Assembly (NCBI GenBank): GCA_037146775.1
Contig: JBAWWL010000007.1
Coordinates: 65,536-129,535 of the forward strand
Length of the DNA stretch: 64,000 nt
Direction of reading: 5' to 3'
Source of the DNA: Candidatus Omnitrophota bacterium
Lineage (GTDB): Bacteria; Omnitrophota; Gorgyraeia; Duberdicusellales; 4484-171
Shown: positions 49,448-58,490 of the stretch, one piece after another
Layout: every line of letters starts with the position of its first letter
Position numbering within the stretch: the stretch's first letter is position 1
The notes under the pieces: model-generated
Database searches by the model: none
What the model was told of the DNA's origin: nothing
What the model saw: the letters and a program-made list of their open reading frames with translations, nothing else
Position numbers and translations under genes: made by a program

Positions 49448-49878
49448 AGAAATTAAGAAATTATTTTGGCACCATTTTTGTTTTATTAATGATTGTTATA
49501 TTGTCTGGATGCGCAACTACTGCCGCAAATGCGCTTATGAGTAAAGAAAGCCAGGTAAAACTAAGAAGTATTCAGACAAGAGCCTTTGATACAACTGATA
49601 AGAAGAAAATGATGCAAACGGTAATAAGTACAATGCAAGACTTAGATTTTGTTATTGATAAAGCCGATTTTATGCTCGGGTCTGTTACTGGTTCAAAGTT
49701 TCTCGGATATGAGGTTGTTGCTATGACTGTAACTGTAAGACCTAAAGGCGAAAAACAATTGTTAGTAAGAGCAAACGCGCAATATGGGATTAAATCCGTA
49801 GAAGATCCTGTAACCTACCAAGATTTCTTTACTGCTTTAGAAAAAGCCATATTTTTAACAGCCCAACAAGTTGACTAG
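49444..49878 (+). CDS. lipoprotein, paralogue 2
   Basis: lipobox 'ILSGCA'; its 3' 160 nt are duplicated at 57127..57290. Confidence 0.55.
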   Translation: MKKLRNYFGTIFVLLMIVILSGCATTAANALMSKESQVKLRSIQTRAFDTTDKKKMMQTVISTMQDLDFVIDKADFMLGSVTGSKFLGYEVVAMTVTVRPKGEKQLLVRANAQYGIKSVEDPVTYQDFFTALEKAIFLTAQQVD

Positions 49879-49903
49879 TAATAAATTTCCCTTAAGAATG
49901 GCA

Positions 49904-50217
49904 AATATCCACCCAAAAGAGGCGGACATGCCTTATCTATCTCTGCTATAACTAATTACGCCAATTTATCTCTTAAAATTACGGACATTCTGGACAAATA
50001 TCGCCGATAAGTAAATCTTTTAAGGCCGCAATTTCCTTGTTATTTACTCAAATTATGTCTATATTAATAGCTGTAGCAGCAAGAGATTTTTTTGGTACTG
50101 TGTCATTCAAGCGGAGTTTGCCTTTTTAGTCCTCTGTGATAATATATTGCCAGCCTCGTCGCAAGGTGTCGGCTAGGCCAACAGGCCACCCTGCTGGGTA
50201 GAGGTGGCAGAGGGTTT
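49904..50217. repeat. approx. 330-bp structured intergenic element, copy 3
   Basis: see 34811..35240. Confidence 0.8.
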
Positions 50218-50253
50218 TATTTTTTTGGATATAAAGCAAAAAGGAGGTTAGGT

Positions 50254-50511
50254 ATGCAAGAGCAAGAGATCGGAGCCGTTGACCATTTCTTTAGTAAGAT
50301 TTCTGTCGGCATAATCAAGCTAAGCGGCGTGCTTAAGCTGGGAGATACTATTCATATCAAGGGTAAACAGGCGGATTTTTCTCAAAAGGTCGAGTCGATG
50401 CGGATAGAGTTCAATAACGTGACCGAGGCAAAAGAGGGCGATAAGGTAGGTATAAAAGTCATACAGCCTCTTCACGCCAACGATAAAGTATACAAGGTGC
50501 TTGACGCATAG
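50254..50511 (+). CDS. hypothetical small protein; an in-frame TAG is followed by 84 further sense codons
   Basis: RBS 'aaaggaggt'; beta-barrel-like 'GVLKLGDTIHIKGK'; the frame remains open from 50512 to 50757 in a GC-rich stretch. Confidence 0.4.
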   Translation: MQEQEIGAVDHFFSKISVGIIKLSGVLKLGDTIHIKGKQADFSQKVESMRIEFNNVTEAKEGDKVGIKVIQPLHANDKVYKVLDA

Positions 50512-50742
50512 AAACTACCAGGGGCCAGTCCCGCTGCGGCAACTGCGGCTTCTGCCAGTAGTGAGCAAGACGCAACAATCCAAGGCCTGGCAAGCGGTCT
50601 GACCGACTCCCATGGTTCGCTGGACGCCGATTTGCTTAAAAAAGCCGTGGATGCAATTTGTGCCCAGCAGGGTTTTAAAAACCATACCCTGGTAACGCAA
50701 ATTAGAACCTCTTCAGATGAAATCGTAGCAGAACTGTGGCCA

Positions 50743-50931
50743 TCAGAACCGAGGCAATAGAGAACCGCTATATAATTTCTCGGTATCTTCAAGCATCAAC
50801 CAGTTGTAAAATTCGTAATGAGACTTGGATTTTTTTACAAAAAAATCTTTAGTCGAATTATCCTCGAAGAGGATCCAGCCTATACGAGCAAGGGGGTAGT
50901 CAATTTTTTGCACTTGACCAATATTTACCAT
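50743..50931 (-). CDS. hypothetical small protein (62 aa) carrying the conserved 'EFYNWLM..EKL' segment
   Basis: same segment (KFRNWLMFGEMEKL) is encoded on the minus strand at 37290..37407 and as a relic at 36563..36602; conservation is at the protein rather than the nucleotide level. Confidence 0.35.
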   Translation of the reverse strand: MVNIGQVQKIDYPLARIGWILFEDNSTKDFFVKKSKSHYEFYNWLMLEDTEKLYSGSLLPRF

Positions 50932-51083
50932 GGCAGTATCATTTTATTTCACTAGCTATAAAGACGTGGTTGATAGATGGGGATAGGGTGGTGAAGCGTG
51001 AGGTAGATAAAATAATGTCTATTGCCAAGGCTTGACCCGTTATCGCCTCCACGTTTTTCAAGCTAAGCGAATAATCAGAAAAT

Positions 51084-52499
51084 ATGATGCGTAAAAAATA
51101 TTACCTATTTTTTGCCGGTATGGCCATAAGTTTATTGACGATTTCCGGCCAGGCTTTGGCTTGGGAAAGTAGCTCAACCGGCTGGTGCACTGACGCTAAT
51201 GGCCGTAACTTTCGTTGTTCAGACGCTCCTTCAGGGGGCGGAGGGGGCAGCGGCGCAAGCGATGGAGCAAGCTTAGCCCCCTTACAAGGCGCAGTCCAGG
51301 GCGCGGTAAATTCTATGGTTAATGTCTGGGTGGCTGAACAGCAGCGTAGGGCTAATGAGGCGTTTAATACCAACGAAACAGCGAACCAGTATTATGCGGA
51401 CGGAGATTTTGTCACTGCTATCCAATATTACGAAAGGGCAGCAAGTCTCAACCCTAACGACGCAGTTATCAGGAATAACTTAAAAAATGCGCGGGCAGCC
51501 AGGGCGCGCCAAATTTACGAATTAGCTTATAGGGAGGATGATGAGCAGGCACGGCTGAAATATTATGAGGAAGCGGTAAGGCTTGACCCTTTGCCGGAAT
51601 ACACGCAAAGCCTAAATGTTTTACGGGAGTCCCTGGAACGAAAACGAATGTGGCAGAAAGAAAAAGACGAATTTACTTCAGCGCGCGCGAAGGCGGGCAA
51701 CGTGCTTGACGGTATAGTGTCTAAGCTCGGTGAACAATCTAAGCCGATGCACGCTCCCGGTTCAACGGCTGAGCTTGAATTTATCACCGAGAAAGAGCCG
51801 GTTATTTCTAAGGGTAGTATAACTTCTGCACCGGTCGAGCTTCCCGAAAAAGCAGTACCTCTGGATTTAAAAGCAGGTCAGCCGGAAAAAGGGCTGGTAA
51901 CTAAAGATGTACCTATACCTGAAGTAATACCGCAATGGGATCCTCTAAGCGCTAAAACCCCGGGTGAAATTGTTTTAAGAGCCCTTGAGAAAGGAAAAAT
52001 CGATGGCAAAATGGGTCCCAGCAATCTCGATGCCAGCATTAACTATTTGGAGAATTATCTTAAGACGGGAAATCCCAATAACATTAAGGTTAAGCAAGCA
52101 GTAAGCTATCTGGAGGGGATGCGGGAAAGGGCAAAGCTGGATGAGCCGGATAAAAAGCCAAATCCCTTTGAACCTAGCCCGGATGACTCCCGTTATTTAT
52201 TGGAAGCAATCACCGGAAAAAAAATTCCAGAATGGCCGGGTGAAAAAAATCCTCAAGCTAAGCCTTTTGGTCGCAACCCGTTAGATTGGCGTAAACAAAG
52301 AAACCAGGCCTTGCTTGAGGCTTTAAAAACAAATCAAGGGGATTGGGATAAAACCGCGCTTTATTTAGAAAAAAAGATTGCCGCGGACGCTATCGGTGTT
52401 GATGATGCCAGTCGTAACGCCCTGCAATATCTGCAGGCTTACAGCAGTTACGAAGATTTTTCTTTAAAGCAAAGTAAGCCCCAACAAATTAAAAAATAA
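51084..52499 (+). CDS. secreted protein with Gly-rich linker and TPR-like helical region
   Basis: signal peptide (LFFAGMAISLLTISGQALA); 'SGGGGGSGASDGAS'; TPR-like 'AIQYYERAASLNPNDAV'. Confidence 0.55.
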   Translation: MMRKKYYLFFAGMAISLLTISGQALAWESSSTGWCTDANGRNFRCSDAPSGGGGGSGASDGASLAPLQGAVQGAVNSMVNVWVAEQQRRANEAFNTNETANQYYADGDFVTAIQYYERAASLNPNDAVIRNNLKNARAARARQIYELAYREDDEQARLKYYEEAVRLDPLPEYTQSLNVLRESLERKRMWQKEKDEFTSARAKAGNVLDGIVSKLGEQSKPMHAPGSTAELEFITEKEPVISKGSITSAPVELPEKAVPLDLKAGQPEKGLVTKDVPIPEVIPQWDPLSAKTPGEIVLRALEKGKIDGKMGPSNLDASINYLENYLKTGNPNNIKVKQAVSYLEGMRERAKLDEPDKKPNPFEPSPDDSRYLLEAITGKKIPEWPGEKNPQAKPFGRNPLDWRKQRNQALLEALKTNQGDWDKTALYLEKKIAADAIGVDDASRNALQYLQAYSSYEDFSLKQSKPQQIKK

Positions 52500-52500
52500 T

Positions 52501-54519
52501 ATGAAAAAGTTTTTTGTATGCGTGGCGGTTTTTTTATTCGCGGTTGTTCTCGCAAAGAGCCTGCCAGCCCAGAGCAATGATTCCGTCTTATCCAAAGAGG
52601 CAAAGGAGCATTTTGACGCGGGCTTAAACGCAGCTCAGAATAAGCAATGGCCTCAGGCAATTACCCATTTTGGCCAGGCGCAGAAGCTTGCGCCGTTATC
52701 TTCGGAGGTATTATTTAATCTGGCACTTGCCTATGATAAATCCGGAAATTGCGAATTAGTAGCAATTCCCTGGTATAAGGCATATCTTGTTTTAGCCAAA
52801 GATGCTTCGCGTACGGAGGCGGTACGTACAAGAATAAAAGAACTAGAGGCTAAAGTAGCTACGGATATTCGCGGGATACTTGCCTGGAGTATTCAGGTAG
52901 TTGACGGGTATGTAGGGGAATATAAAGATAATCCTCAGTTTGCCTCTTATTCAGAAATATCCAAGGTCCAGGCCCAGGTCGGCGATATAGAAGGTGCTTG
53001 TAAGACCGCCTCTATGCTGCCGCCGTCATATAAGAAGACAATGAAACCGCGTTTTGATAATTTACTAGCCATAGCGCTTGATAATGATGATTTAGAAAAA
53101 GCGCAGGCAATATATGCGCGTATGACCGGCGATGATTCTATAAAATTCAGCGCAAACTTTCAGATGTATGATTTTTATCTTAAAAAGCAGGATACCCAAC
53201 GTTCCAATGAATTCTTAGTCAAAGCGGAAAATTTGGCCCCGCGTGTTACGCCTGCCACCAATAAATACAGCGTCTATACCAACTTGGCAAAGATTAAGAC
53301 CCAATCGGGTGATGTGGCTGCTTGCAGCCGTTATCTTTCGCTAGCCAGAGAGATTATCCCAAAGTTAGAATTTCCTTATTTTCCAGAAAGCACCCAAGAA
53401 AGCCGGGCACTTTATTACGCTATGTTTTTAGATGAGCAAATTGCAGATAAAGATATTGCGGGTATCGCCCAAACTACAGAAGAGGCAATCGCCAAGACAC
53501 AAAGTATAACCGGTGATAGTTCTAAAGATAGACAAAGAGTGAATATGTTTTGTAAGATTGTGCGGTCTCTGGCAAATTCAGGGAATATGGAGGAGGCAAA
53601 AAGAGTATTTGCTTTGGCCGATAAGCAGAAGTTTTGGGTTACCGATGAGCTAAGGCAGCGTAAAAAAAAGTTGTCCGAAACTCAAGGTCTTGAAAATTTT
53701 GACGAAGAAAAAAAGCTGATTGAAGAAATAGGTGCAAAAAATAGTATTGTCGGCCCTTTTGCCGCGGCCGAAGCAAGCATGGGCGATATAAAGGCTGCCC
53801 GCTCAACCATTGCCAACATGCCGACATTCGATGTAACTAAAGATGAATTATTCCAGCCCCAAGCCTGCCTAGGAGTCGTTGAAGCTTTAACACAAAAAGG
53901 CGATATCGCAAATAGTTGGGAATTTGCCGCTTTGACAAACAGCGAATATTACAAGATGACCGCCTATAAATTAATTGCCTTGGCAGCGATTAAAGCGGGA
54001 GATTTTAATACTGCCCAAAAGGCAATAAACTTAATGAATCCCGTTGAAGAAAAAGATCAGGCAAAAAAATATTTTCTCCTTGAGCACATTAATAGGGAAC
54101 GGGATATAGCCTTAAAAGAACTTGTCTTAGCGCAAAATGCTAAAAGTGATTTTACCGCCAGTCGTCAAACGTGCCATGGCATCAATAGCTTCGGGGATAG
54201 GTTTGCTACCTACAAAAAAATTGCCGTTTTGCAGTTAAAAGATGCGCGCCCCCTAACTGTTGCAGGTTCTCTTAAAAATGACGAGTTAGAGGCAAAATTT
54301 TGGTCAGAAATCGCACTTCGTAACAGCCAGATACCGTTTTTTATTGATATGCCGGGTTTTTTAAAAACGCTCAAAGAACGTGTCCCGAATGAAATTATGC
54401 AATATCAAAACCCTACCGATGTCGTCACCGGCCTTACCAGCGCAGTCAGTGCTACGGATTACGCCTTAAGGGAAAAACGGATAATGGAGCAATATTGGGA
54501 TAGCCGTAAAAAAGATTAA
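52501..54519 (+). CDS. large secreted TPR-like repeat protein
   Basis: signal peptide; repeated alpha-helical TPR-like segments. Confidence 0.6.
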   Translation: MKKFFVCVAVFLFAVVLAKSLPAQSNDSVLSKEAKEHFDAGLNAAQNKQWPQAITHFGQAQKLAPLSSEVLFNLALAYDKSGNCELVAIPWYKAYLVLAKDASRTEAVRTRIKELEAKVATDIRGILAWSIQVVDGYVGEYKDNPQFASYSEISKVQAQVGDIEGACKTASMLPPSYKKTMKPRFDNLLAIALDNDDLEKAQAIYARMTGDDSIKFSANFQMYDFYLKKQDTQRSNEFLVKAENLAPRVTPATNKYSVYTNLAKIKTQSGDVAACSRYLSLAREIIPKLEFPYFPESTQESRALYYAMFLDEQIADKDIAGIAQTTEEAIAKTQSITGDSSKDRQRVNMFCKIVRSLANSGNMEEAKRVFALADKQKFWVTDELRQRKKKLSETQGLENFDEEKKLIEEIGAKNSIVGPFAAAEASMGDIKAARSTIANMPTFDVTKDELFQPQACLGVVEALTQKGDIANSWEFAALTNSEYYKMTAYKLIALAAIKAGDFNTAQKAINLMNPVEEKDQAKKYFLLEHINRERDIALKELVLAQNAKSDFTASRQTCHGINSFGDRFATYKKIAVLQLKDARPLTVAGSLKNDELEAKFWSEIALRNSQIPFFIDMPGFLKTLKERVPNEIMQYQNPTDVVTGLTSAVSATDYALREKRIMEQYWDSRKKD

Positions 54520-54570
54520 GAGAAAAGAATTATGAAAAATTCCGAGAATGAGGATACCGGAGCCAGACTC

Positions 54571-54620
54571 CAAAATTAAAAATTAGCCTAATGTTCGATA
54601 ATCCACTTGACGAATTTTAA
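54571..54620. repeat. 5' fragment of the Zn-ribbon mini-gene with conserved upstream context (caaaattaaaaattagcc-ATGTTCGATAATCCACTTGACGAATTTTAA)
   Basis: encodes only MFDNPLDEF*. Confidence 0.7.
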
Positions 54621-54959
54621 TAAGATGAAGGGGCCGGCGCAAAAATTATATAAAACATTCTAAAGCGTAGAGAACATTGTTTCTCTGCCAACGATTTAGC
54701 TTCTTATACCGCTGATCGTTTTGTCAAACTTCAAGTATCCACAAAAAAATAGATATTTAAACATCTAGGAGTATAATATCGACAGAACAGTTATTGAAGG
54801 ATCGTTGTTTTAACTCACCATATACCCGGATATAATATTTGTACCGTGCGGGTTTCGTGTGGCGGTAAAACAAAAGCAAGAGGCGGGGTAGGCTATTAAG
54901 TATCGGAGAATTAGTTACGAGTTGCAAGCTTGTAAGGGGCAAAAAAAGGAGGAATTGAA

Positions 54960-55133
54960 ATGAATAGCTGTATGAGATGCGGAGAGAAATTATCACACAA
55001 TTATTTGGTAACAGTATTTACGATTGTAAATGAAAAAAGAAAAAGAGTCTTGGTATGTTTAAAATGTAAAGAAATTTTAGATAAAAAAGAAAAACCAAGT
55101 ATTCCCGCCCCAAAAAGTTGTGTCGGTTCTTAA
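54960..55133 (+). CDS. 57-aa zinc-ribbon small protein (MNSCMRCGEK...CLKCKEIL)
   Basis: strong RBS 'aaaggaggaattgaa-ATG'; CxxC...CxxC. Confidence 0.4.
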   Translation: MNSCMRCGEKLSHNYLVTVFTIVNEKRKRVLVCLKCKEILDKKEKPSIPAPKSCVGS

Positions 55134-55235
55134 GAGAGTTTTTCCTTCCGTTTTAATGATGAGGGTTCCCTCTGGATATAACATTTACGCCGTGTGACCT
55201 TTTATCCCGGGAATTAAAAAAAGAAATAAAAAATA

Positions 55236-55478
55236 ATGGCTGATATAAAGTCGAACGATCCGCTCCATGGTGTTACCTTAAAGATGATACTTACTGATTT
55301 GGAGCAGTGGTACGGCTGGAAGGAGTTGGGAGAAAATATCAATGTTAGATGCTTTACGAATGAACCAAGCCTTACCTCGAGCCTAAAGTTTTTAAGAAAA
55401 ACGCCTTGGGCGAGGAAAAAGGTAGAAGATTTTTACGTTAGAGCTTTAATGCACCACCATCCAAGAAGTAATATCTGA
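55236..55478 (+). CDS. VF530/DUF2132-family small DNA-binding protein
   Basis: '[25 protein letters not shown]...CF...[24 protein letters not shown]' matches the DUF2132 consensus. Confidence 0.65.
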   Translation: MADIKSNDPLHGVTLKMILTDLEQWYGWKELGENINVRCFTNEPSLTSSLKFLRKTPWARKKVEDFYVRALMHHHPRSNI

Positions 55479-55572
55479 ACAAAATAAGATCAAATATCCA
55501 CACGAAGGATCTAGGAGCCATCGATAGTAATCCGCAAGAAGCATGTTCCTCGGTTAATAGGAGTAGTATATA

Positions 55573-57027
55573 ATGTCACGGAAATCAAAAAGGCCAGTTT
55601 TTATTGATGAAGACGATTCGCCCAATATCTCTGCTCAAGGCTGCGCGATCGATATAACCAAGGATAAACTTTTCAATGAAGCCCATAGCTTACCGGAAAA
55701 TCTAGAGCTCAATGTTGAGTTTTTGTGTGCGTTTAATTTGCTAGAGAATACGCGTGATTCTGTTTTTGTGAGCGGTAAAGCCGGTACCGGCAAGTCCACC
55801 CTGCTTAAATATTTCCGTAAAAATACCTCAAAGAATGTGGTTGTGCTAGCTCCGACGGGAGTCGCGGCGATTAACGTTGGTGGGCAAACCATACATTCTT
55901 TTTTCAATTTTCCACCCAGACTTATTCAAAAAGATACCATTCGTAGACGGCGCAACAGCAAGCTTATTAAAAAACTTGATATGGTGATTATCGATGAGGT
56001 TTCTATGGTTCGCGCTGACCTTATGGATGGCATTGACTACGCATTAAGGATAAATAGGGATAAATTGGATGTACCCTTTGGTGGCGTTCAGGTAGTTTTT
56101 TTTGGAGATTTGTTTCAATTACCGCCCGTGGTGGAGAAGGACGCACGTATGATATTGTCTGTTGCCTATGAGAGTCCATATTTTTTTAATGCGAAGGTGT
56201 TTGAGCAGATAAAACTACGCTATGTCGAATTAACTAAAATATATCGTCAGTCAGACATAAAATTTATTAATATATTAAATCAACTACGTTGCAAAGAACA
56301 TACGGAAGGGGAACTTCAGGCATTAAACGAAAGAGTAAGAACGCGCACACCGCAGAACCTCGCTCATTGCGTTATCTTGACTACCACAAACAAACGTGCC
56401 AACGAGATTAATGAGCAACGATTAGAGGGCTTGAGCACAGAAGAGCTTGGTTATGAAGCTATCACGACCGGCACATTCGATACCTCAGCGTATCCTACGG
56501 AATTTTTTTTGAAGCTTAAAAGGGGAGCGCAGGTAATATTGATTAAAAATGATCCTGACAAACGGTGGGTTAACGGGACTATCGCTGAGATATCCGGTAT
56601 TTCCAGCGTTTGTATCCAGGTGCTTATTGGTGATAATATTTGCGAAGTTCCAAGGGTAACATGGGAAAAGATTCAGTATGAATACAACGAAGTTACAGAA
56701 AAGGTAGAAGAGAATGTCATTGGGACATTTGAACAATATCCGCTAAAGTTAGCCTGGGCGATCACCATTCACAAAAGTCAGGGCCAGACGTTTGATAATG
56801 TTGTCATTGATTTGGGATACGGTGCTTTCACGCATGGGCAGGTCTATGTGGCCTTGAGCCGCTGCAGGACGCTCGAAGGGATTCTTCTGAAAAGACCAGT
56901 TGTTGAGAGCGATATTATTTTCGATGAGCGGATTTATAATTTTAGAAATAGAATGATAGAGTCCGATCAGGCAGTAATGGGATCAGGCCTTCGGGTGACC
57001 GATAAATTGGCAAAGACCAAAAAATAA
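55573..57027 (+). CDS. PIF1/RecD-like (AAA_30) ATP-dependent DNA helicase
   Basis: Walker A 'VSGKAGTGKSTLL'; 'VLAPTGVAAINVGGQTIHSFF'; Walker B 'VIIDEVSMV'; C-terminal 'AITIHKSQGQTFDNVVID...VALSRC'. Confidence 0.85.
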   Translation: MSRKSKRPVFIDEDDSPNISAQGCAIDITKDKLFNEAHSLPENLELNVEFLCAFNLLENTRDSVFVSGKAGTGKSTLLKYFRKNTSKNVVVLAPTGVAAINVGGQTIHSFFNFPPRLIQKDTIRRRRNSKLIKKLDMVIIDEVSMVRADLMDGIDYALRINRDKLDVPFGGVQVVFFGDLFQLPPVVEKDARMILSVAYESPYFFNAKVFEQIKLRYVELTKIYRQSDIKFINILNQLRCKEHTEGELQALNERVRTRTPQNLAHCVILTTTNKRANEINEQRLEGLSTEELGYEAITTGTFDTSAYPTEFFLKLKRGAQVILIKNDPDKRWVNGTIAEISGISSVCIQVLIGDNICEVPRVTWEKIQYEYNEVTEKVEENVIGTFEQYPLKLAWAITIHKSQGQTFDNVVIDLGYGAFTHGQVYVALSRCRTLEGILLKRPVVESDIIFDERIYNFRNRMIESDQAVMGSGLRVTDKLAKTKK

Positions 57028-57122
57028 AATAGGGTTAGAGTTATTTTGTTAAAGAGAGTGGAATAAATCTTAGTTTCTAATTTTTGGAAATATAATTTCA
57101 ACATTCAAGGCCTGACCCCGTC
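57015..57122. repeat. approx. 95-nt dispersed repeat plus inverted 'gacggggtcaggcc' element
   Basis: approx. 90 % identical to 40071..40165; overlaps the last 4 codons of the helicase. Confidence 0.75.
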
Positions 57123-57126
57123 TTTT

Positions 57127-57290
57127 TTACTATGACTGTAACTGTAAGACCTAAAGGCGAAAAACAATTGTTAGTAAGAGCAAACGCGCAATATGGGATT
57201 AAATCCGTAGAAGATCCTGTAACCTACCAAGATTTCTTTACTGCTTTAGAAAAAGCCATATTTTTAACAGCCCAACAAGTTGATTGATAA
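57127..57290 (+). pseudogene. duplicated 3' fragment of lipoprotein gene 49444..49878 (MTVTVRPKGEKQLLVRANAQYGIKSVEDPVTYQDFFTALEKAIFLTAQQVD*)
   Basis: approx. 99 % nt identity to 49725..49880, immediately upstream of repeat copy 4, as at copy 3. Confidence 0.7.
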
Positions 57291-57312
57291 TGATGTTACC
57301 TCCCAAGAATAG

Positions 57313-57568
57313 CAATATCCATCTAAAAGAGGCGGACATGCCTTATCTATCTCTGTTATAACGAATTACGCCAATTAATCTCCGAGAATAACGGATAAAT
57401 ATCGCCTATAAACCAATCTCTAAAGCCTGTGTTTTCCTGTATAGGGTTCGAACCGTAAAGGGAGCTTGAGGGAAATAAATTTCCTTCAAGTCATCCGGGT
57501 TTCTCTGCAAGAAGGGGGAGTCGTTGCTTTTTTGACTCTTTGTGATACTATATATTTCAGAGGGTTTT
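57313..57568. repeat. approx. 330-bp structured intergenic element, copy 4 (divergent 3' half, ends with the short palindromic promoter-like module)
   Basis: see 34811..35240. Confidence 0.75.
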
Positions 57569-57602
57569 TTGGATTAATAAATAAGGTAAGCGGGGGGTTG
57601 CA

Positions 57603-57953
57603 ATGCCAAAAGGTTATGGTTGGATGATTTCATCAAAAAGTGTTGTAAAACACCGAATTGGTATAAAACAGTATAAGCTTGATAAACATATGGGAGTGGA
57701 TCTTCCCGACCAGTGTACATGGATGGTTTATCCTACAGTTCAGAAAACAGTAGTGTTGATGCTTAATGATGGTCCAAAAAGAAGCAAGCGCCCATGTTTT
57801 ACGCCAGTCAATAGTAGTTTAACCTGCAAAGAAGCTCTTAAGTTATCCGAACAGCTACGTAAAGCAGCTAAAGCTTCAAAAGAATGCCCAGCTGGAGAAA
57901 AGAAAAGAATGGAAAATGTATTGAAAGATATACGGAAAAATACTAAAAAGTAA
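57603..57953 (+). CDS. hypothetical basic protein
   Basis: 116-aa ORF downstream of the palindromic module; RBS 'gcgggggg'. Confidence 0.45.
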   Translation: MPKGYGWMISSKSVVKHRIGIKQYKLDKHMGVDLPDQCTWMVYPTVQKTVVLMLNDGPKRSKRPCFTPVNSSLTCKEALKLSEQLRKAAKASKECPAGEKKRMENVLKDIRKNTKK

Positions 57954-58039
57954 ACGGAGAATCTGTCCCTTAAGCCCTCTACGGTAATATATCGTAGAGG
58001 GTTTTTGTTTAGAGTAAAATAAAAATAGAAGGAGAGTGT

Positions 58040-58471
58040 ATGTATAAGCACACACAGACTGGCTGGGTGATGATTGTTTGTTTGGTAGCCGCGCTCCTAT
58101 TTATTCTGCCGGGAAGTTTGAATGCCGATTCTGTGGTAGGTATATTTTTGGCGTCCGCTATACTTATGTCGCTATTTATCTTTGTGTCACTTACCGTGAG
58201 TGTAACGGCAGGCCATATTAATGTTGTTTTTGGAATAGGCTTGATTCAAATGCGTATTAAAATAAGCGAAGTAGTTTCTCTCGGAATAGTAAAGAACAAA
58301 TGGTGGTATGGGTTTGGAATCCATGGGTGGTGGGGGAAAGGCTGGCTCCTTAATGTGTCAGGGCTTAGCGCTGTTGAATTAAAGATAAAAAATGGGATGG
58401 TTTATAGAATAGGGACTGACGAACCACAGAAATTAAATGACGCAATCCAGGAAAAAATAAATAAAGCTTAA
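58040..58471 (+). CDS. small integral membrane protein
   Basis: three hydrophobic helices; RBS 'aaggagag'; preceded by hairpin 'gccctctacggtaatatatcgtagagggttttt'. Confidence 0.5.
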   Translation: MYKHTQTGWVMIVCLVAALLFILPGSLNADSVVGIFLASAILMSLFIFVSLTVSVTAGHINVVFGIGLIQMRIKISEVVSLGIVKNKWWYGFGIHGWWGKGWLLNVSGLSAVELKIKNGMVYRIGTDEPQKLNDAIQEKINKA

Positions 58472-58490
58472 ATAAAAAAGGAGGTAAATT

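Noticed and set aside
533-54620. Integron attC sites as the identity of the dispersed repeats
   Set aside because: The repeats are not imperfect palindromes with R/L boxes. They are the 5' end of a protein-coding mini-gene, and no IntI-like integrase lies in the window. Only the cassette-like organisation is retained as an analogy.
57436-57470. tRNA-like 'GGGTTCGAACC' T-loop-like sequence, also 'tggttcgaacc' at 36646
   Set aside because: It is palindromic but lacks an acceptor stem and anticodon arm context. No cloverleaf could be built.
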